A stretch of DNA of 63,895 nt, counting the filler, from Rhabdomonas costata (taxonomy: Eukaryota), in NCBI GenBank assembly GCA_019059605.1. It is 51 parts of 51 records of this genome, joined end to end, with 100 filler letters (N's around TTAATTAATTAA, not from the genome) between each part and the next. Parts side by side here need not be neighbours in the genome. Positions count along the whole stretch, not along the records: positions 60,235 to 61,387 come from JAHMHO010025939.1; positions 61,488 to 62,641 come from JAHMHO010025940.1; positions 62,742 to 63,895 come from JAHMHO010025941.1; 48 more parts are not named here. The stretch is one strand, 5' to 3'. Positions 61,054 to 63,895 of the stretch are shown piece after piece; within the stretch, counting starts at the first letter, position 1; every line of letters begins with the position of its first letter. Position numbers and translations under genes: made by a program. The notes beneath the pieces are model-generated. The model saw only the letters and a program-made list of their open reading frames with translations, made no database searches and had not been told where the DNA came from.

Positions 61054-61801
61054 GTTCGGCTCCGTGTATGTGTGTATTTAAGTCGGGAGGTGTCCCCCTC
61101 CGATCAGTGCAGGAGTCAGGGCGGGTACGTTCGCGAGGCATCGTGTTTTGCGCTGGGAATTCGCGCTGCTTTGTTCGGAATAAATGACGGCGGCAACCAT
61201 GGATTTGACACAGTGCAGGGAGTGCTACTGTGGAATTGGGGGAGGAGGCGCGCTTGGCTAAAAAAACGAAACGGAGGGTTCATGTCCCTGTATCACTCGT
61301 GAATCCATGTTGTGGTTGCAAGGTCCGGGAGAATTCCAAGAGTTTTTCGTTGTGTATGCGCTGAACAGCTCTTGGAATTCTCCCCAANNNNNNNNNNNNN
61401 NNNNNNNNNNNNNNNNNNNNNNNNNNNNNNNTTAATTAATTAANNNNNNNNNNNNNNNNNNNNNNNNNNNNNNNNNNNNNNNNNNNNGGGTGGGTGGAGG
61501 TATAAATGCACTAGCGCCTGGGGGTGCAAGCCTGAAGTGTACCAAAACGCAAGCATGATGGAGGCAAGGGAGCTGAGGTCTCCAGTACTGCATTGTGACA
61601 AAAGGTCCTTTTGCACCAGGGATAGTGGCCACCGTTATCGCCAGAAACACATGGGCGCGCGTTTGCAGCAGCAGTCTGAATCAGGCAGCGGTCGGCAAAA
61701 CAGGCAACCGGGGGCGTCGACCGGCCAGCAGTCGGCACTCGGCCAAAGGGTGCGGTGGGGTCAGGCCTTGGTTTCGTCTTGAGCCACGCCCACTCTCTCA
61801 C

Positions 61802-61941
61802 TCCCCGTCGCTGTGGGGCTCGAAGGGGGCCCGCCGCGGCAGCGGCAGGCTGGCCAGCGCGTCCAGCTCGGAGAGATCGTCGCCATCATCCTCCATTTCA
61901 CCGGCACTGCCCTCGCCGAAGTCCATGCCGAGGTCCAAAAC
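61802..61941 (-). CDS. Acidic internal exon, unidentified (VLDLGMDFGEGSAGEMEDDGDDLSELDALASLPLPRRAPFEPHSDG)
   Basis: TTGCAG acceptor, GA|GTGAGA donor, GC3-rich open frame. Confidence 0.5.
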
Positions 61942-63895
61942 CTGCAAAGCACCAAGCATCCTTGAACGTGCAGCAGAACCCACTTCCAAGCTGACCACCG
62001 CCCTCCAGCTTAGACGGGATTTAAGACAGCATTCTGAGATGACTGAATCTGGAAACAACCACTAAATCCGGGAATCGAGCCGAGCCAAAACCTATGAACC
62101 CCTCACCCACCTTGTGTCTTTCCACAACTTTTGTCCTTGATGGACCTCAATGGAATTCTTCGTGGTACAACAGTTTACCTTCAAAAACAATCCTCAGCTG
62201 AGCAACGCTGAGATTGCCCCACACTCGACAAAGAATCTGATTATATTTTGGATAAGATTGAGTGGTACGTTTCGGATCGGACCCCCACCCCCCTTACAGC
62301 TACTCACCCACTTTCTTCCGTTTCGTCCCCTGCCGTTTTGAACGATCCTCCACCAATGCCAATTTCGTCACCTCACATTCCTATCCTGTTTCAGTCTTTG
62401 TATTTACGTGTATTTTGTGCTTTTATCGTCTTTATTTCTTTTGTGCTTAGTTTACCCCTGCTATCACGCTGGCGTTCCTTCCTGTAAATTGTTTTTTTTG
62501 TGTTGCACTCTTCCCGAACTCTTGTGCCTGTGCCGCAGTGCCGTGTGTTCGGTGAGTCGAAAAAAAGTTGTACGTTTTTGATGGAAGCACTGAGAGGGAA
62601 CACATCAACCCACACGAAGCAAACGAAACCACCCAAACAAANNNNNNNNNNNNNNNNNNNNNNNNNNNNNNNNNNNNNNNNNNNNTTAATTAATTAANNN
62701 NNNNNNNNNNNNNNNNNNNNNNNNNNNNNNNNNNNNNNNNNGGGTGGGGGTGGCGAATTCCACCTCTTGTAACCTCCGAAGTTTTTCTGTGTGTTGCGGA
62801 ATGCCGGTAGAAAAGGCCGTGCATACGATTCAGGCTGAAAGCTGAAAGACACCACTGGGGTTGTGGCTGACATTGGCATCGACACATCACTACACATCTC
62901 ACCTAGGCTATGACGTGATGCTATGCCTGACATGACTATGCTTTGACATGCGGCAGTGGTTGGGGCACCACTCCCACCTGCACAACCATAGCACCTGAGT
63001 GGGGGTTGCGCTGATGTTATTGGTGGGCTAAGTGGAGTGGTGCATGTGGGCTTGGCCTTGAAGTACTCAAAAAGACTGTTTTTAAAGGCAAAAGAAGGCT
63101 CACCAATCGGCGCTACCATTCCACAGCTCACCCACACGAACCTTGAAACGTTGACGACTTCGCACAAATAGTAGAGCGCAGGACAATTTGTCCACAGACA
63201 GACAACACGCGGATGTTCTTTTATGCTAAACCCTACACTTACTATGATCGTACCTCACTTCGTTTCTTTTGGGGAAAAAGTCCAGTTTCAGGCCGAATTC
63301 GTTCTGGGTCCATTTTGCTTACATGTCCGTATTACTGGCAAGAAAAAGGATTTCCGTCTGATTCAGCCTCGGACACCGGCGGTGACAGCCGGGAACTGAA
63401 AAGTCATACCCGAAAGGAAAAAAAATGCAAACCAGGGTCAAAAGGGGGTCACCATTGCAAAACTGCACAAAAAAGGTGCCAATTTGCAGGTTGCACTTTT
63501 CGCTCAGCTTCGTCAGAAACACTGCACGAAAACCTCTCGCCGGTTCCGGAGCAACTGAAGCGGCATTTGTACACGACTTCTTCAAGATCTGCGCCGTCGA
63601 TCAGATAGGTGAACTTCGAAGGCAAGGTATAGTATTCACTTTCGCTCACCGAATCCATCCGGCTGACCGTCAGATTAAAACATCAACCGCTTTCTCGTCT
63701 GTCCACCTGAGTTGGAAGGCCCCAGCAGTCCACAGGGACGCGTTCCCGTTATTTGGCTTTAGGCTGCCCGCGAGTTTAACCTCGAGGGCACTCTCGTCAG
63801 GACCAATTTGCCGTCTTAGTTTGGAAACAACCCTTCCTATTCATACTACCAACAAGCTGATCTAAACCAGCACATGGCCCGAGTCTCCGGATCAT

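Noticed and set aside
1156-62741. Regularly spaced TTAATTAATTAA motif as a CRISPR-like array or biological repeat
   Set aside because: It is always embedded in fixed N runs and is a six-frame-stop linker added during contig concatenation.
1-63895. Operon-like or clustered arrangement of the kinase, REC, Cache and cyclase genes
   Set aside because: They lie on different contigs joined artificially, so proximity is not linkage.

Overview
This window is not one locus. It is 51 unlinked contigs of about 1.15 kb, joined by 50 artificial 100-nt spacers (N44-TTAATTAATTAA-N44), so adjacency between contigs carries no biological meaning. The DNA comes from an intron-rich eukaryote, probably a euglenid-like protist (inference only). 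Genes appear as spliced fragments, reconstructed by hand from splice sites, reading phase and remembered family motifs, with no database search. Recognisable products are a GH16 beta-1,3-glucanase/glucan-binding protein, a histidine kinase (HisKA-HATPase), a receiver domain, two Cache-type sensor regions, two or three class III nucleotide-cyclase fragments, an ASCC1/AKAP7-like 2H phosphoesterase, a divergent malic enzyme, a PDZ protein and an ankyrin repeat. Mobile and repeat DNA includes a frameshifted Merlin/IS1595-type transposase, an intronless 1.15-kb ORF with one TAG, and two dispersed repeat families. The most interesting signals are: (1) about 9 of 51 contigs encode parts of a bacterial-style sensor/His-kinase/cyclase signalling repertoire, with degenerate cyclase catalytic motifs; (2) recurrent GC-AG introns with a GCAY donor; (3) a malic enzyme lacking the conserved Arg motif. 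Eleven contigs end in fold-back inverted repeats that look like amplification or library artefacts.
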